Source: a virus. From it: DNA of 64,000 nt. Of the stretch, positions 17,112 to 27,425 are shown piece by piece. The stretch is taken from positions 78,444 to 142,443 of the IMG/VR virus record IMGVR_UViG_3300011113_000675; one strand, given 5' to 3'. How positions within the stretch are numbered: position 1 is the stretch's first letter; every line of letters starts with the position of its first letter. The translations under genes were made by a program, and so were the position numbers. Under the pieces are notes generated by a model, which was given only the letters and a program-made list of their open reading frames with translations, did not search any database and was not told the origin of the DNA.

Positions 17112-17348
17112 ATGTTACATCTAACTGAAACACAAAAAAAACAAACTTATGAGATAAGTTTGGAGTCGAATGGTATTGTTGTCGGGTCATTTGTAAAAAT
17201 TGATGGATTCTTCTATTATTACCCACCCAAAGAAAGATTTTGGGGATGTTACTCAGAAGAATTTCTCAAGAGTTTATCAAATGAATTAGAAAAATTAAAT
17301 TACCCAATAAATAAAAGTATTGACGAATACTTCGAATTACAAACATAG
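17112..17348 (+). CDS. Hypothetical protein
   Basis: ORF abutting upstream stop. Confidence 0.6.
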   Translation: MLHLTETQKKQTYEISLESNGIVVGSFVKIDGFFYYYPPKERFWGCYSEEFLKSLSNELEKLNYPINKSIDEYFELQT

Positions 17349-17502
17349 AATTATATCATGGAAGATTCGAAAGCTCGTTGCAAATGTGGTTGGCCTTGGA
17401 TATTCCATTATAATTCGAAAGGGAAAATAAATGCAGTATTCAAAGCCAAGATTCCACCAAAAACTATTACAGATTATATAAATGGAGATTATTGGCTAAA
17501 AA

Positions 17503-17703
17503 ATGAAAAAAGTTAAAGAAGTATTTGTAATTTTTAATCCTTACGATAATGGATACTATGATGGGTATGGATATTTTCGAGGGATTTTGTTTAGTAAAAA
17601 ATATGCCGAAAAAGAAATGGCAGTTTCGGAAATGGAAAAAATTCTTGATCGTTCAAGTGGACAAACTTTCTTGAAGATTGAATCATTTAACACTTTCTCG
17701 TGA
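17503..17703 (+). CDS. Hypothetical protein
   Basis: Last ORF before hairpin GGGAGAGAT...ATCTCTCCC. Confidence 0.55.
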   Translation: MKKVKEVFVIFNPYDNGYYDGYGYFRGILFSKKYAEKEMAVSEMEKILDRSSGQTFLKIESFNTFS

Positions 17704-17745
17704 AATCAAGGATAATTCAGGGAGAGATAATTAATCTCTCCCATT

Positions 17746-17979
17746 TTATTCACCAGAAGAAAGTTTCTTCCACGAATCTGTCGAACTAATCAGTGCTAAT
17801 CCAGATCCATTTTCCCATTGAACACTAATTATTTTTTCATCTTCATTGGGTTCGAAAGGGTCTGAAGATATATTGGTTACTTTTCCAATCGTACCAGGAG
17901 GTACTCCAATTTCCCCATCCATGTGATAGCACATGACTTTATCTCCAACTTTTAATTCTGCGTTTAATGATCCTTTCAT
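17746..17979 (-). CDS. DUF4314-like small beta-barrel protein
   Basis: VPPGTIGKV...ISVQWENGSGLALI motif. Confidence 0.6.
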   Translation of the reverse strand: MKGSLNAELKVGDKVMCYHMDGEIGVPPGTIGKVTNISSDPFEPNEDEKIISVQWENGSGLALISSTDSWKKLSSGE

Positions 17980-17983
17980 AACA

Positions 17984-18007
17984 ATAAATATATACAATAT
18001 ATTTATA
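17984..18007. promoter_or_regulatory. Back-to-back TATTTAT motifs serving divergent genes
   Basis: ATAAATA (minus gene) and TATTTATA (plus gene) within 33 bp of intergenic DNA. Confidence 0.7.
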
Positions 18008-18012
18008 ATCAT

Positions 18013-18633
18013 ATGGAATTTTTAATTACAGAATCTCAACTAAGAGTTCTTCTTCAAGAAGAAGAAAAATCCCAATTAGGGTTATACGTGAAAAACATGT
18101 ACGCCTTCACAAAACAAATGATAAATAAAGTTTTCAAATCTTATGGTATAAACTTAAGAATGTTGTTAACTTGGGGTACATCAGTTGGAGGTTTGGTTCT
18201 TCCTTTAGACCAATATTTGAGAACTCAACATTTAGGTTTGAATGAAGACCAAAGAATGTTGGTATTAGTTGGAATTATTTTTGCTTTATTTTTTGAGACC
18301 AAGAGACCATTTATGAAAATTATGTCCTTGATTGAAAAAAATGGTTTAGAAGATATTTTTCAGGATGGTCTTCGAAAAGGAACTGAATTGAGAGATGCAT
18401 TTACAAACTTTTTATCGTCCGCTAACACAGGAGTTGGAACATTTTTGGAAGCTATCGCCTACAGTTTCCTAATTCCTATTATTACAGATGTTCAATCCGT
18501 ATTAGGTCAAACTGAAGACATCGAAACCGCAGCAATATTGATTGTTGAAAGATTGTTGGCCGCGGGAGTTATCTTAATTGGAAGACAAACTTTGATTGAT
18601 GTAGTGAAAAACGTTTTGAAAAAATTAGGATAA
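18013..18633 (+). CDS. Leader-bearing protein with hydrophobic helices
   Basis: MEFLITESQLRVLLQEE leader. Confidence 0.75.
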   Translation: MEFLITESQLRVLLQEEEKSQLGLYVKNMYAFTKQMINKVFKSYGINLRMLLTWGTSVGGLVLPLDQYLRTQHLGLNEDQRMLVLVGIIFALFFETKRPFMKIMSLIEKNGLEDIFQDGLRKGTELRDAFTNFLSSANTGVGTFLEAIAYSFLIPIITDVQSVLGQTEDIETAAILIVERLLAAGVILIGRQTLIDVVKNVLKKLG

Positions 18634-18640
18634 CAACACT

Positions 18641-19027
18641 CTAATTTACAAGGTTAACAACTTCGGTACAAACCAATGGATTTTCTATCCCAAAGTAAAT
18701 TAAAACATCTGATAATAAATCATTGGTTTTACGAACTACCATATAATAAGATCCACGTTCGGCGGTTAAAGTTCTTTCTCCCGCCAAATCTTTAATCGCG
18801 GAAAAAAATATATCTGACCCTCCTCCTGATGGTAAAATATAAAGGGTATATTCAATATATTCTTTGTCACTGACTTGTCTATAAATTTTTGTCCCTGTTA
18901 ATTCCATTTTGAATTTTGTATGGAATTTGAAAGATTCATCAACGCCAGGTGGAGTCCATTCCAAATCGAATGTATGTGTTTCTAAAAATCTGTTAATACT
19001 ATTCCATAAAGGACTTGATGGTTCCAT
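18641..19027 (-). CDS. Hypothetical protein
   Basis: ORF in operon. Confidence 0.65.
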   Translation of the reverse strand: MEPSSPLWNSINRFLETHTFDLEWTPPGVDESFKFHTKFKMELTGTKIYRQVSDKEYIEYTLYILPSGGGSDIFFSAIKDLAGERTLTAERGSYYMVVRKTNDLLSDVLIYFGIENPLVCTEVVNLVN

Positions 19028-19030
19028 ATC

Positions 19031-19297
19031 CTATAATTCTTCAATTTCGACAACCAATTGGGCCGGTCCTTTTATGACTCTGTGCCAAACAAATTTGGGA
19101 ATGTGAATATGACTGGCCCGAGACAATTTGACCGGCAATTCATTTTCCATTTGAAATGACCATCCACCATCTTCAATTATGGTCACATTTCGGTCATTTA
19201 AGTCTTGGTGCCACTTCAATTCTTCTTCCTCCACATCAGGGTTAAATGTCCTGATTTTTTTATTATCTACTTCTATTTGTTCAAAAGGAAAATCCAT
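19031..19297 (-). CDS. Cupin-like small protein
   Basis: LKWHQD...IHIPKFVWHRVIKG. Confidence 0.55.
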   Translation of the reverse strand: MDFPFEQIEVDNKKIRTFNPDVEEEELKWHQDLNDRNVTIIEDGGWSFQMENELPVKLSRASHIHIPKFVWHRVIKGPAQLVVEIEEL

Positions 19298-19920
19298 TAC
19301 CAAGAATTTGAAGATGATAATCCGAGTTGTTTTGCGTACCGACCTACATTACAGCTCCAGTATCCTGCGGTGGTTCTGTCTTTCTTTTGGTCACACTTAT
19401 GTCGTGCTCTGAATGATTTTGCCGCTCCCTTATTTTTGTTTCTAACTCTCAAGTTAGGATCTCCAAAAGATACTTTTTTGATTCCTCCACTCGGAGATTT
19501 CACATAAACCGCAAATTTCTTAGGTCCACCTGAAGTTCTAAATGGTTTATTTAACTTGACATTTTTACCTCTATGTTTTGCTTCCTCTAAAACATCCTCG
19601 TCATCGTCTTCTTCCATCAAAAATGGAGCATCGAGATAAATTAATTGTCCTTTGACCATTACTTTCTTACCCAAATCAGATTCTACCATTAACGTATCCT
19701 CCTCATTCAATTCAATCTTACCAGCTTCCCACAATCTTCTTACTTCATTTACCAAATCAAAATAACTTTCAGAATATGCTCTGAAAATATTATTTGTCAA
19801 AGTCAATTCATTATCAACATGGTATTTCAATGCTTCAGAAAGTTCAACAGACTCTTTAATAATTAAAGATTTGTTCAAATGGTCTTCTAATGTTTCTTTG
19901 ATAAGTTGTCTTAAATCCAT
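19297..19920 (-). CDS. Phage protein with basic C-terminal domain (DUF5754-like)
   Basis: Acidic N-part ending VLEE, then KKFAVYV...KKVSFGD...SFRARHKC...AGYWS. Confidence 0.6.
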   Translation of the reverse strand: MDLRQLIKETLEDHLNKSLIIKESVELSEALKYHVDNELTLTNNIFRAYSESYFDLVNEVRRLWEAGKIELNEEDTLMVESDLGKKVMVKGQLIYLDAPFLMEEDDDEDVLEEAKHRGKNVKLNKPFRTSGGPKKFAVYVKSPSGGIKKVSFGDPNLRVRNKNKGAAKSFRARHKCDQKKDRTTAGYWSCNVGRYAKQLGLSSSNSW

Positions 19921-19946
19921 TGGTTTGTTATTTCTTATAAATACTC

Positions 19947-20564
19947 TTACTCCTTATTAAATTTTAATTTCCAATACACCCCGCCAGTCACATAAGGAGT
20001 GAAACTTCCTGTCACCCCATCGAAGGTTCGATTTGCGACACCTCCACCAAGTTGAAATATTTTGTCATCCTTTGTTTTCAACAAAATGCTTGTTCCAAGT
20101 GAATTGACCCAATCTTGATGGCTCAACGCTCCATTCAATCCAACATATACCTGATTTCTAACTTTCGGTGGTTCAGGTGCTGGTTCTCTTACAATTTTTG
20201 GTTTGATATTCGCGGTAAATTTTCTTGCAACAACATTATTTTGGGATATGGTGTCAAACAAATATATGACCCCCTGATTATTACTCAAGGTTATTGTATC
20301 TTGAACAAAATTTTTCAAGTAAAAATTTTTAAGGATGAATGCCGTATCAACAAGTGGAGTTGGAGCTGGCACTTCAACAATTTTTTCAACTTCGACTTCG
20401 TATGGAACTTCAACTTCAACCTCGTATATGAGTTCCTGAGGGATTGTATCATATACCAACTTTTCCTCGATTTGAATCTGTGGAGGAACAAAAAACTGAA
20501 GGAATATTATTGCTCCAACCATCAGGAGGATTATTATGTGTCTTATGTCAAATATCTTTTTCAT
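19947..20564 (-). CDS. Membrane-anchored protein with C-terminal beta strands
   Basis: N-terminal TM, VEVEVP repeats, terminal GGVYWKL strand. Confidence 0.65.
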   Translation of the reverse strand: MKKIFDIRHIIILLMVGAIIFLQFFVPPQIQIEEKLVYDTIPQELIYEVEVEVPYEVEVEKIVEVPAPTPLVDTAFILKNFYLKNFVQDTITLSNNQGVIYLFDTISQNNVVARKFTANIKPKIVREPAPEPPKVRNQVYVGLNGALSHQDWVNSLGTSILLKTKDDKIFQLGGGVANRTFDGVTGSFTPYVTGGVYWKLKFNKE

Positions 20565-20568
20565 ATCA

Positions 20569-21906
20569 TTATAGAATAAATCTTGAACCAATTAAGAAAT
20601 TGTTTAGTATTGGGGACTTAGGTTCGGTTGACCCCATGGCTCTATAGTTTAGGCTTAGTCCGAATCGTTTACTTATTTTGTAGTCGAATGATGAACCAAC
20701 CAAAAAGGAAAAATTTCTATTCACTGTGGTTTCACCTGTTCTTGAGTTGTATGAGATTGGTGAGTTGATTAAGAAAACCTGTGGGGATAAACTGAGTTTG
20801 GTATTGACCGTGTATGGTTTTGTCCAAAATACAACTGCTGACGTTGAGAGAGATAGTTTGAATACTCTATTGATTCGTCTTGTTTCAATATCAACTTCTG
20901 TGTCTCGTAATAACAATGTTATTACACCTACGTTATATCCATACGTTCCATATTTTGGGTTCGGCTTGATGTTGGTATATCCAACTAACCCCATATAATT
21001 TCCCTCCAAATATGCCCCTGTAATTGAGTAAGAATGGATTTGATTCAATTTACCCTGTTGGAAATCCATTTTGGTATATCCTCCACCCAAGGCAAACTGA
21101 TTCAACGTACTCCAAATCATGGCGTTTGCACTCCAAGTTTCATTTCCTGCCAATGATGATTGACTAATTCCGAAGGAGGCAATCGCACTGTATTTCATAT
21201 CGGGTCCCTGTGTGGTTGTTAAATCGGATGCAACCAACATTGGATTCACGGGAGCTGTTTTCTTTTTGTCTCCTTTCCCTTTTCCATCAGAACTTTCTTC
21301 ATTACTTTCACTAGATTCTCCACCTTCAGAACTACTCTCTTCAGATCCTCCTTCACTTGAACTCGACTCACTTGAACTTGATTCTGAGGAACTAGATTCA
21401 CTTGAGCTTGATGATGAAGAGGATTCTTGTGATGAGGATTGTGAGGATGAACTTGAAGTTGAGCTCGAAGATGAGGAAGTTGGTGTTGAACTCGCCGCTG
21501 ACGAAGATGCGGTGGAGGACGCAGTCGAAGACGCTGCCGATGATGCTGCGGATGAAGCGGCGGAGGAGGCTGCCGATGATGCGGCTGAAGAGGCTGCGTT
21601 TGCCGCGGCTTGGGAAACTGCCTGTGTTACAGTTTGAGTTACAACAACACTTACAGGACAGGGGGCGGCAAAAATACTGTTAATCCAAGTTGTAACCTCC
21701 CCTGATAAAAATTGTTGGTAATTGAATACTTTCGATTTACTACGAACAATTATGAGGACACCCGCATTTGTTTGGATGGGGAATGATACAACATAAGTTT
21801 TCGAATCACAGGGGTCAATGTAAGTTTGAGTTACAACTTGTCCCTGTGATTCGCTGATGAAAAACATCACAAAAAATAATATCAACAATATTTTTAGAAT
21901 TTTCAA
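20569..21906 (-). CDS. Secreted protein with Ser/Ala/Glu linker and putative outer-membrane beta-barrel
   Basis: Signal peptide; ~110-aa AASS/SSSE tract; alternating strands ending FLIGSRFIL. Confidence 0.7.
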   Translation of the reverse strand: MKILKILLILFFVMFFISESQGQVVTQTYIDPCDSKTYVVSFPIQTNAGVLIIVRSKSKVFNYQQFLSGEVTTWINSIFAAPCPVSVVVTQTVTQAVSQAAANAASSAASSAASSAASSAASSAASSTASSTASSSAASSTPTSSSSSSTSSSSSQSSSQESSSSSSSSESSSSESSSSESSSSEGGSEESSSEGGESSESNEESSDGKGKGDKKKTAPVNPMLVASDLTTTQGPDMKYSAIASFGISQSSLAGNETWSANAMIWSTLNQFALGGGYTKMDFQQGKLNQIHSYSITGAYLEGNYMGLVGYTNIKPNPKYGTYGYNVGVITLLLRDTEVDIETRRINRVFKLSLSTSAVVFWTKPYTVNTKLSLSPQVFLINSPISYNSRTGETTVNRNFSFLVGSSFDYKISKRFGLSLNYRAMGSTEPKSPILNNFLIGSRFIL

Positions 21907-21927
21907 TTTTCATCAGTTTCAAAAAAA

Positions 21928-22647
21928 TTATTCTGTAAAGATTCCTTTCTTAATCATTCTATCCAAAATTCTTGCACAAGCAATGTCGAGTGCTTTTTTG
22001 GTTGCGATTGATATTGTAGACTGATTGAATTTCACTTCATCTACTGTCGCATCAGATAAGAAAGTTAGTTCTCTTGTTGTGGTTGCTTCACCAAGACCTG
22101 AGGCGGCAAATACAACACCAGTTTCAGCATTTGTGAATCTAACCTGAAGACCAATTCTTGTAACCATCATATTTTTCACACCGTCCTTTAGATTTATAGT
22201 TTCATCTTCAGAAACCGAATAATCATAACATTCGATTGTGACAAAATATTCTGCAAGGTTGATTTTACCGAATCCATCAAGTTGATTCTCTGAAATACCT
22301 GCCTGAGACGCTTGAAATTGTTTTACCATCCTGTTCTTAATCTCTGTTTTGTCTTCAGTAAATTTGAATCTATTGAGATTTTCAAGATATTCCATTGATA
22401 TGTTTGCAACACCAAGTCCAACTCTCTTCTCCTTCAACTCAGGATACATCTCATACATTTCGTCAGAAATACCTGCCTTAAGAATTTGAATTGGAATTTG
22501 TTTTCCTTCATAATCCATAAATTGACTAATGTCAATTGCGGTTTCAAATGACGCTTTGTATTGTTCAGTTTTGGTGCTTCCCAATGTTTGGGCATACAAT
22601 CCGTTACTGAAAATCAGTGCGGTCAATAATAACAATAATTTTTTCAT
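21928..22647 (-). CDS. CsgG/HfaB-like secreted protein
   Basis: Signal peptide; LENLNRFKFTE, AEYFVTI, IGLQVRFTNAETGVVFAASGLGEA. Confidence 0.6.
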   Translation of the reverse strand: MKKLLLLLTALIFSNGLYAQTLGSTKTEQYKASFETAIDISQFMDYEGKQIPIQILKAGISDEMYEMYPELKEKRVGLGVANISMEYLENLNRFKFTEDKTEIKNRMVKQFQASQAGISENQLDGFGKINLAEYFVTIECYDYSVSEDETINLKDGVKNMMVTRIGLQVRFTNAETGVVFAASGLGEATTTRELTFLSDATVDEVKFNQSTISIATKKALDIACARILDRMIKKGIFTE

Positions 22648-22669
22648 GTTCACCTTTTTTTGTATTTCA

Positions 22670-22831
22670 TTATGGTCTTTTAGGCCATGCCCAACCTTTT
22701 TTCTTACCTCTAAGAAGTAGATAAGTCGTTCCTCCGAAAAATATTGTTAAAAACAATATCGGAGATTCAATCACAAACATGGTTGTCATCAGCAATGTGA
22801 TTAGAACCATAAAACTAAATCCTTGTTCCAT
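22670..22831 (-). CDS. Small 2-TM protein
   Basis: Not in ORF track; MEQGFSFMVLITLL...RGKKKGWAWPKRP. Confidence 0.55.
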   Translation of the reverse strand: MEQGFSFMVLITLLMTTMFVIESPILFLTIFFGGTTYLLLRGKKKGWAWPKRP

Positions 22832-22836
22832 AATTT

Positions 22837-23160
22837 TTACCATTTTGGAGCGGTCTCTTTGAACTCGTCTCCTTCTTTTTTAGGTTTATTTTCTGCTTGT
22901 TTTTGAGGTGCAGATTCTTCTGCCTTCTCTCTGATTATCACAGTTTCTTTTCCGCCAGACTGTTGTTGCTGTTGATTGTTGTTGTTGATGATTACTGGGA
23001 TTGGTTGTTGAACGGGTGCTGCAACTTCTTCTTCTCCACCGAGGAATTTACTTGTCATAACACCTCCAGCTCCGAGAACCGCAGTTGTCAACAATCCGAT
23101 GATTGTTTTTTTCAAACCTGTCCAAGTTCCGTCATTGTGATCTTCTGTTTCTTCACTCAT
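22837..23160 (-). CDS. Single-TM protein with N/Q-rich tail
   Basis: TM IIGLLTTAVLGAGGV; NNNNQQQQQ. Confidence 0.65.
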   Translation of the reverse strand: MSEETEDHNDGTWTGLKKTIIGLLTTAVLGAGGVMTSKFLGGEEEVAAPVQQPIPVIINNNNQQQQQSGGKETVIIREKAEESAPQKQAENKPKKEGDEFKETAPKW

Positions 23161-23182
23161 TTTTTTGTTGTTTGATTTTAGT

Positions 23183-23539
23183 TTATTTAACGATTATTGG
23201 ATATTTTATCTCATTCCCTGAGATGTCGATGAAGAGTAAATCGTAATACCCTTTTTTTTCATTCGAGAGGTCATATGTCTTCTCGGTAGTTTCATTCATT
23301 GCAGTAAATCCTTCTTTCTTGATTGGTTCTTCAGACCCGAACGGAAATATCTGAACAGAGTATTTTGCACCTATTGTGGTGCTAAAAACAATCTGAACTA
23401 TATTGTCCGATACTGTGACTGATTTAATTGTTGTTGATGTTGAAAGTTGTCCCAAATCGATTGAGGTTTCCTCAATGAATGGATCGGTGCAACTATACAT
23501 CACAAGAAAAAGAAATAATATTGTTAATGTTTTTTTCAT
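23183..23539 (-). CDS. Lipoprotein with small Ig-like domain
   Basis: Lipobox MYSC; KKGYYDLLF...YPIIVK resembles a T9SS-CTD-like sandwich. Confidence 0.6.
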   Translation of the reverse strand: MKKTLTILFLFLVMYSCTDPFIEETSIDLGQLSTSTTIKSVTVSDNIVQIVFSTTIGAKYSVQIFPFGSEEPIKKEGFTAMNETTEKTYDLSNEKKGYYDLLFIDISGNEIKYPIIVK

Positions 23540-23540
23540 T

Positions 23541-25646
23541 TTAGAAGTAGTTATATCCTGTCAATTTAATTTGTGTGTTATTCAAGTTGATTCCCAACTG
23601 AACTCCGTTGTTTCCACTTGCATCCATGTTCGGAGAAACCTTGATTGATGTTAGAATATCAACACCATTTCCGATAGTTGAAAATTTCAATTTGAATGGG
23701 GTTGCATTTCCACTTATCGGTGTTTTGTTTTGGTCTAACGAACCAAACTTTACTTTTCCATCTACAGAGTTCACGAAAACATACCATGTGTTAGGTAGGT
23801 TGCTTTGTAATTCTTCGAATTTCAATTTTGTTTGGTCGTAGGTGAATTCGAACTGAAGACCCCCCAAAGTATTTCCATTTGTGTTTATATTGATTGGGAT
23901 CTCGATAGTGTTTGTTGTCACCGTCAAATTTGATAGATTTACATCTATCGATGGGACATTATTAGGAGTGTTAATGAACATTCCAAGTGCATCTGTTTTG
24001 AATGATGTATTGTTTTTCAAACTATTTGATGCTCTACTTACAACTGATGCAATTCCATTGTTACTTACAACAACTTGAGACGAATGAGAACGATTCACAT
24101 CACCCCAAAGGAGATATTTCAAATACACAAGAGTATTTGACCCTATTGTTCCTGTTTTAACTAAAACTTTTGGGGTTGTGAAATTCTTCCAATTGGTTGT
24201 TGTTATTGAACCCCATGAAATGGATGGGTTAGTATTAAATTCAACTTCAGTTCTGATTCCATAATCATTACCATTTATGTTTCTTATGTATGGAAGGAAT
24301 GTTGTTCCTATAATCGAAGCAAAATCCGATGGAACCTTATATGATGCCCATGTTGCGTCTTTACTTACAAATTCAACTGGTCCATTGTATAAGTCCAACA
24401 ACTGTAAACTCTTAATGTCCTCGGGAATAATGTTTGTATTGATAAATTCTCTCATGTCAATGAGGACTCTTGAAGATGCTTGTCCATAGTTATTTACTGT
24501 CAATACAACCCACTCAACCTCTCCTGAAACAGTTCTTGCATCAGTTGAAACCCAAGTAGGAACATTCATATAACCACCGCTTCCTTGTGTATAACCTTCA
24601 GGAACTGTAGTTATATTGTCGATTCCAACGACTTGAGCCAATAATTTTGGTAAGTCACCACCATCTATATTTTTGTTTCTATTGATGTCAGCGGCATACA
24701 AAGATTGACCTGTATTGATTACAGTTCCTTTACTACCATCAAGACCCATAGTTGTGAATTCTGATTGTGCTGAGGTGAAATCAGATACGCTGATTGCTCC
24801 ATTATATATGGTGTTTAATTTGTCTGATTCGTGTTGAACAGTAACCTCATAAACTTTATTTTCAGATAAAAGGGATTGGTTAATATCGACATTCCCATTT
24901 GTTAATATTGGGAATGACTGAACAGTATTGGTGACCGTGTCCCTAAATGCAACTTTGAGACCTGATATGTTGAAAAGGTTCGAATTGACATCAACTTTCG
25001 CTGTGACAAGTTTTCCTGTATTTTGATTCAAAATAACATCAGTTGTCAATGGAGTTTCCATTATTGTAGAAACTTGTTGCCCATTTCCATTCCATCCAGC
25101 TGCAAAATTCAACTTTATCGGATTAAATGTTGTTGCCGTAGAAGTTGGTTTTACTCTGAATCTGATGACCAAGAAATTCTCGTAATTTGTATTATTAACA
25201 CCAGAATTACTTGCCCAAGTAATCATGGCTCTTATAATGGTATTATTTGAACTTTGGTTGAAAGTATATCCCGCGGTTTGAAACCTCGTGGTTCCGTTTG
25301 TGTTGGTTGAATTTCCAACATATGAATATCCAGGATAATTCTGAAATGATATTTGTGGGTTTGAATTAACAGGTAAAATTCCTCCACTGCCTACAACTCC
25401 AGTGTGATTGATCGTAATTAAATCGAAGTGACTTTTATCATATTCCAAATCAAACAATACTTGTTTGATTACGTTGTCACCATTTCCATTGGCAACCACA
25501 ATAACATTAAACTCATCACCTCTGTCTATGACTTGATTATTCAAATCTGAGATGACCTTGTCACTTGGAAATTTGAATTTCATATTGGATTGACCAAATG
25601 ACACAAATGATGTAATCAGTAAAGCAAATAATAGTGTATATCTCAT
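23541..25646 (-). CDS. Secreted cohesin/dockerin-like domain protein
   Basis: Signal peptide; cohesin-like N- and C-terminal domains (GLQFEFTYDQTKLKFE); dockerin EF-hand ADINRNKNIDGGDL and WGDVN. Confidence 0.7.
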   Translation of the reverse strand: MRYTLLFALLITSFVSFGQSNMKFKFPSDKVISDLNNQVIDRGDEFNVIVVANGNGDNVIKQVLFDLEYDKSHFDLITINHTGVVGSGGILPVNSNPQISFQNYPGYSYVGNSTNTNGTTRFQTAGYTFNQSSNNTIIRAMITWASNSGVNNTNYENFLVIRFRVKPTSTATTFNPIKLNFAAGWNGNGQQVSTIMETPLTTDVILNQNTGKLVTAKVDVNSNLFNISGLKVAFRDTVTNTVQSFPILTNGNVDINQSLLSENKVYEVTVQHESDKLNTIYNGAISVSDFTSAQSEFTTMGLDGSKGTVINTGQSLYAADINRNKNIDGGDLPKLLAQVVGIDNITTVPEGYTQGSGGYMNVPTWVSTDARTVSGEVEWVVLTVNNYGQASSRVLIDMREFINTNIIPEDIKSLQLLDLYNGPVEFVSKDATWASYKVPSDFASIIGTTFLPYIRNINGNDYGIRTEVEFNTNPSISWGSITTTNWKNFTTPKVLVKTGTIGSNTLVYLKYLLWGDVNRSHSSQVVVSNNGIASVVSRASNSLKNNTSFKTDALGMFINTPNNVPSIDVNLSNLTVTTNTIEIPININTNGNTLGGLQFEFTYDQTKLKFEELQSNLPNTWYVFVNSVDGKVKFGSLDQNKTPISGNATPFKLKFSTIGNGVDILTSIKVSPNMDASGNNGVQLGINLNNTQIKLTGYNYF

Positions 25647-25647
25647 T

Positions 25648-26142
25648 TTAGTTGTTTTCAAATAATTGATTCACCAAGACACCCGATGCTTTCTTCAAAG
25701 CATTACTCAAAGATTGTTGATTGAAGTTTCCTCCATTGTCTACTATCAAGGTCGACATGGAAATTTCAGATGACTCTTCTTCTACAACAATTTCTTTGGT
25801 TTTTTTCCCATCAACTTTCAAAACACCTTTCAATCGAATTACAACTGACTCCTTATCCTTGTGGATTACAGAAAAATTTGACTTAGTTTTTAACACATCC
25901 AAATACACAATTTCCACAACCAACTTAGTGGATGAGTCAGGATCTAAATCAAAATTTTGTTCTTGTAAAAACTCCTCAATGATATTTCTGACACCGAATT
26001 CTAAATTTCGATTACCAGCAAGATTTCCAATCTGAATCTTGTTAGAAACAGATTCAACCCATATAACATCATTGTTTTGTAAGGTGGGGTGAGGCATTGC
26101 AAATTGCAAAATGCTCACCAAAAGGAGTATAAGCAAATTCAT
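25648..26142 (-). CDS. Secreted alpha/beta protein (LptE/CsgG-like topology)
   Basis: Signal peptide; first gene of operon; TATTTAT upstream. Confidence 0.55.
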   Translation of the reverse strand: MNLLILLLVSILQFAMPHPTLQNNDVIWVESVSNKIQIGNLAGNRNLEFGVRNIIEEFLQEQNFDLDPDSSTKLVVEIVYLDVLKTKSNFSVIHKDKESVVIRLKGVLKVDGKKTKEIVVEEESSEISMSTLIVDNGGNFNQQSLSNALKKASGVLVNQLFENN

Positions 26143-26264
26143 TCGATAGTATCTTGGTTACTATAAATACTCAAAAAAGAGTATTCGGGCCAAAAATTTT
26201 ATTATTTTATTCTATTAACCCTATCCGTTTTTTTGAATATTTATGAAAATAAACATAAATTACT

Positions 26265-27092
26265 ATGATACTAAAGAATGGGTCTAAGGGAGAAGACGTT
26301 AAAAAACTCCAAGCGAAATTAGGTTTAGTAGCCGACGGGGTTTTCGGGTCTGGAACCGAAGCAGCGGTAAAAAAATGGCAAGCCGCAAACGGATTAACTG
26401 CTGACGGTATTGTTGGCGAAGGAACTTGGACAAAGATGTTCGGAGAAAAACAACTTATCACAGAACCATCAACTCCAATAGTTAATGCTGGTCCTTTGAA
26501 GTTGGAAAACCTTAAAGGTCACATCCCTGATGCGGTCATTGCTCAGATTCCTGATGCAGCTAAAAAATTCAACATTTCTAATCCATTACGTTTGGCACAC
26601 TTCTTGGCTCAGTGTGGTCATGAATCTGCTGGATTCAAAGCGGTTCAAGAAAACTTGAACTACTCTGCCGATGGTTTGAAAAAAATATTCCCTAAGTATT
26701 TCCCTGGTAATCTTGCTGAAGGTTATGCAAGAAACCCTGAGAAGATTGCTTCCAAAGTTTATGGAGGTAGAATGGGTAATGGAGATGAAACAACCAAAGA
26801 AGGTTTCAAATTTAGAGGACGTGGTTACATTCAATTGACAGGAAAAGACAACTATACAAAATTTGCGAAATTTATCGGAGAAGATACAGTTGGAAATCCT
26901 GACTTAGTTGCAACAAAATATCCTTTAGCATCTGCGGCATTTTTCTTTGATTCCAACAAATTATGGGAAATCTGCGATAGAGGAGCGGATGATGCAACAG
27001 TAACTGCAGTAACAAAAAGAGTTAATGGTGGTACTATCGGTCTTGCAGATAGAATCAAACACTTCAAAGAGTACTTTGGATTGTTGAAATAA
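26265..27092 (+). CDS. Endolysin: peptidoglycan-binding domain plus glycoside hydrolase family 19
   Basis: DGVFGSGTEAAVKKWQ; AHFLAQCGHES; FRGRGYIQLTG; VTKRVNGG. Confidence 0.93.
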   Translation: MILKNGSKGEDVKKLQAKLGLVADGVFGSGTEAAVKKWQAANGLTADGIVGEGTWTKMFGEKQLITEPSTPIVNAGPLKLENLKGHIPDAVIAQIPDAAKKFNISNPLRLAHFLAQCGHESAGFKAVQENLNYSADGLKKIFPKYFPGNLAEGYARNPEKIASKVYGGRMGNGDETTKEGFKFRGRGYIQLTGKDNYTKFAKFIGEDTVGNPDLVATKYPLASAAFFFDSNKLWEICDRGADDATVTAVTKRVNGGTIGLADRIKHFKEYFGLLK

Positions 27093-27185
27093 AAGTTGAA
27101 AATAAACCTCAACAATTTTAATTATTTATTCTTGTGGGTTTCGCAGAGTAAATTTTTATTGTATCTTTGTTGTAAATAAATAACC

Positions 27186-27425
27186 ATGATGACAATGAAT
27201 ATGACTTCCGCAATCAAAGATTTCAAATGGGTATTAAAACTACTCCAATCTTCGAAGAGTAAAGCACATTTAGACACAACACTTCGGTGTTTCAATCTTT
27301 GGGAAAACAAACATACCAAAGATAAACTCACTGAAGCAGATGCTGATGCGGTAAAACATATGAGATATCAATTTTGGTGTTTTTTCAAAAATAAAAATTC
27401 AAGATTTGGACTCTTACCAAAGTAA
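27186..27425 (+). CDS. Hypothetical protein
   Basis: TATCTTTG box upstream. Confidence 0.6.
   Translation: MMTMNMTSAIKDFKWVLKLLQSSKSKAHLDTTLRCFNLWENKHTKDKLTEADADAVKHMRYQFWCFFKNKNSRFGLLPK

Noticed and set aside
17984-18007. Canonical T4 late promoter TATAAATA
   Set aside because: The motif is consistently oriented as TATTTAT on the sense strand, so it was treated as a distinct motif.
21212-21683. Plus-strand acidic/repetitive ORFs and an apparent tandem repeat
   Set aside because: Antisense shadow of the Ser/Ala linker in gene 20569-21906.
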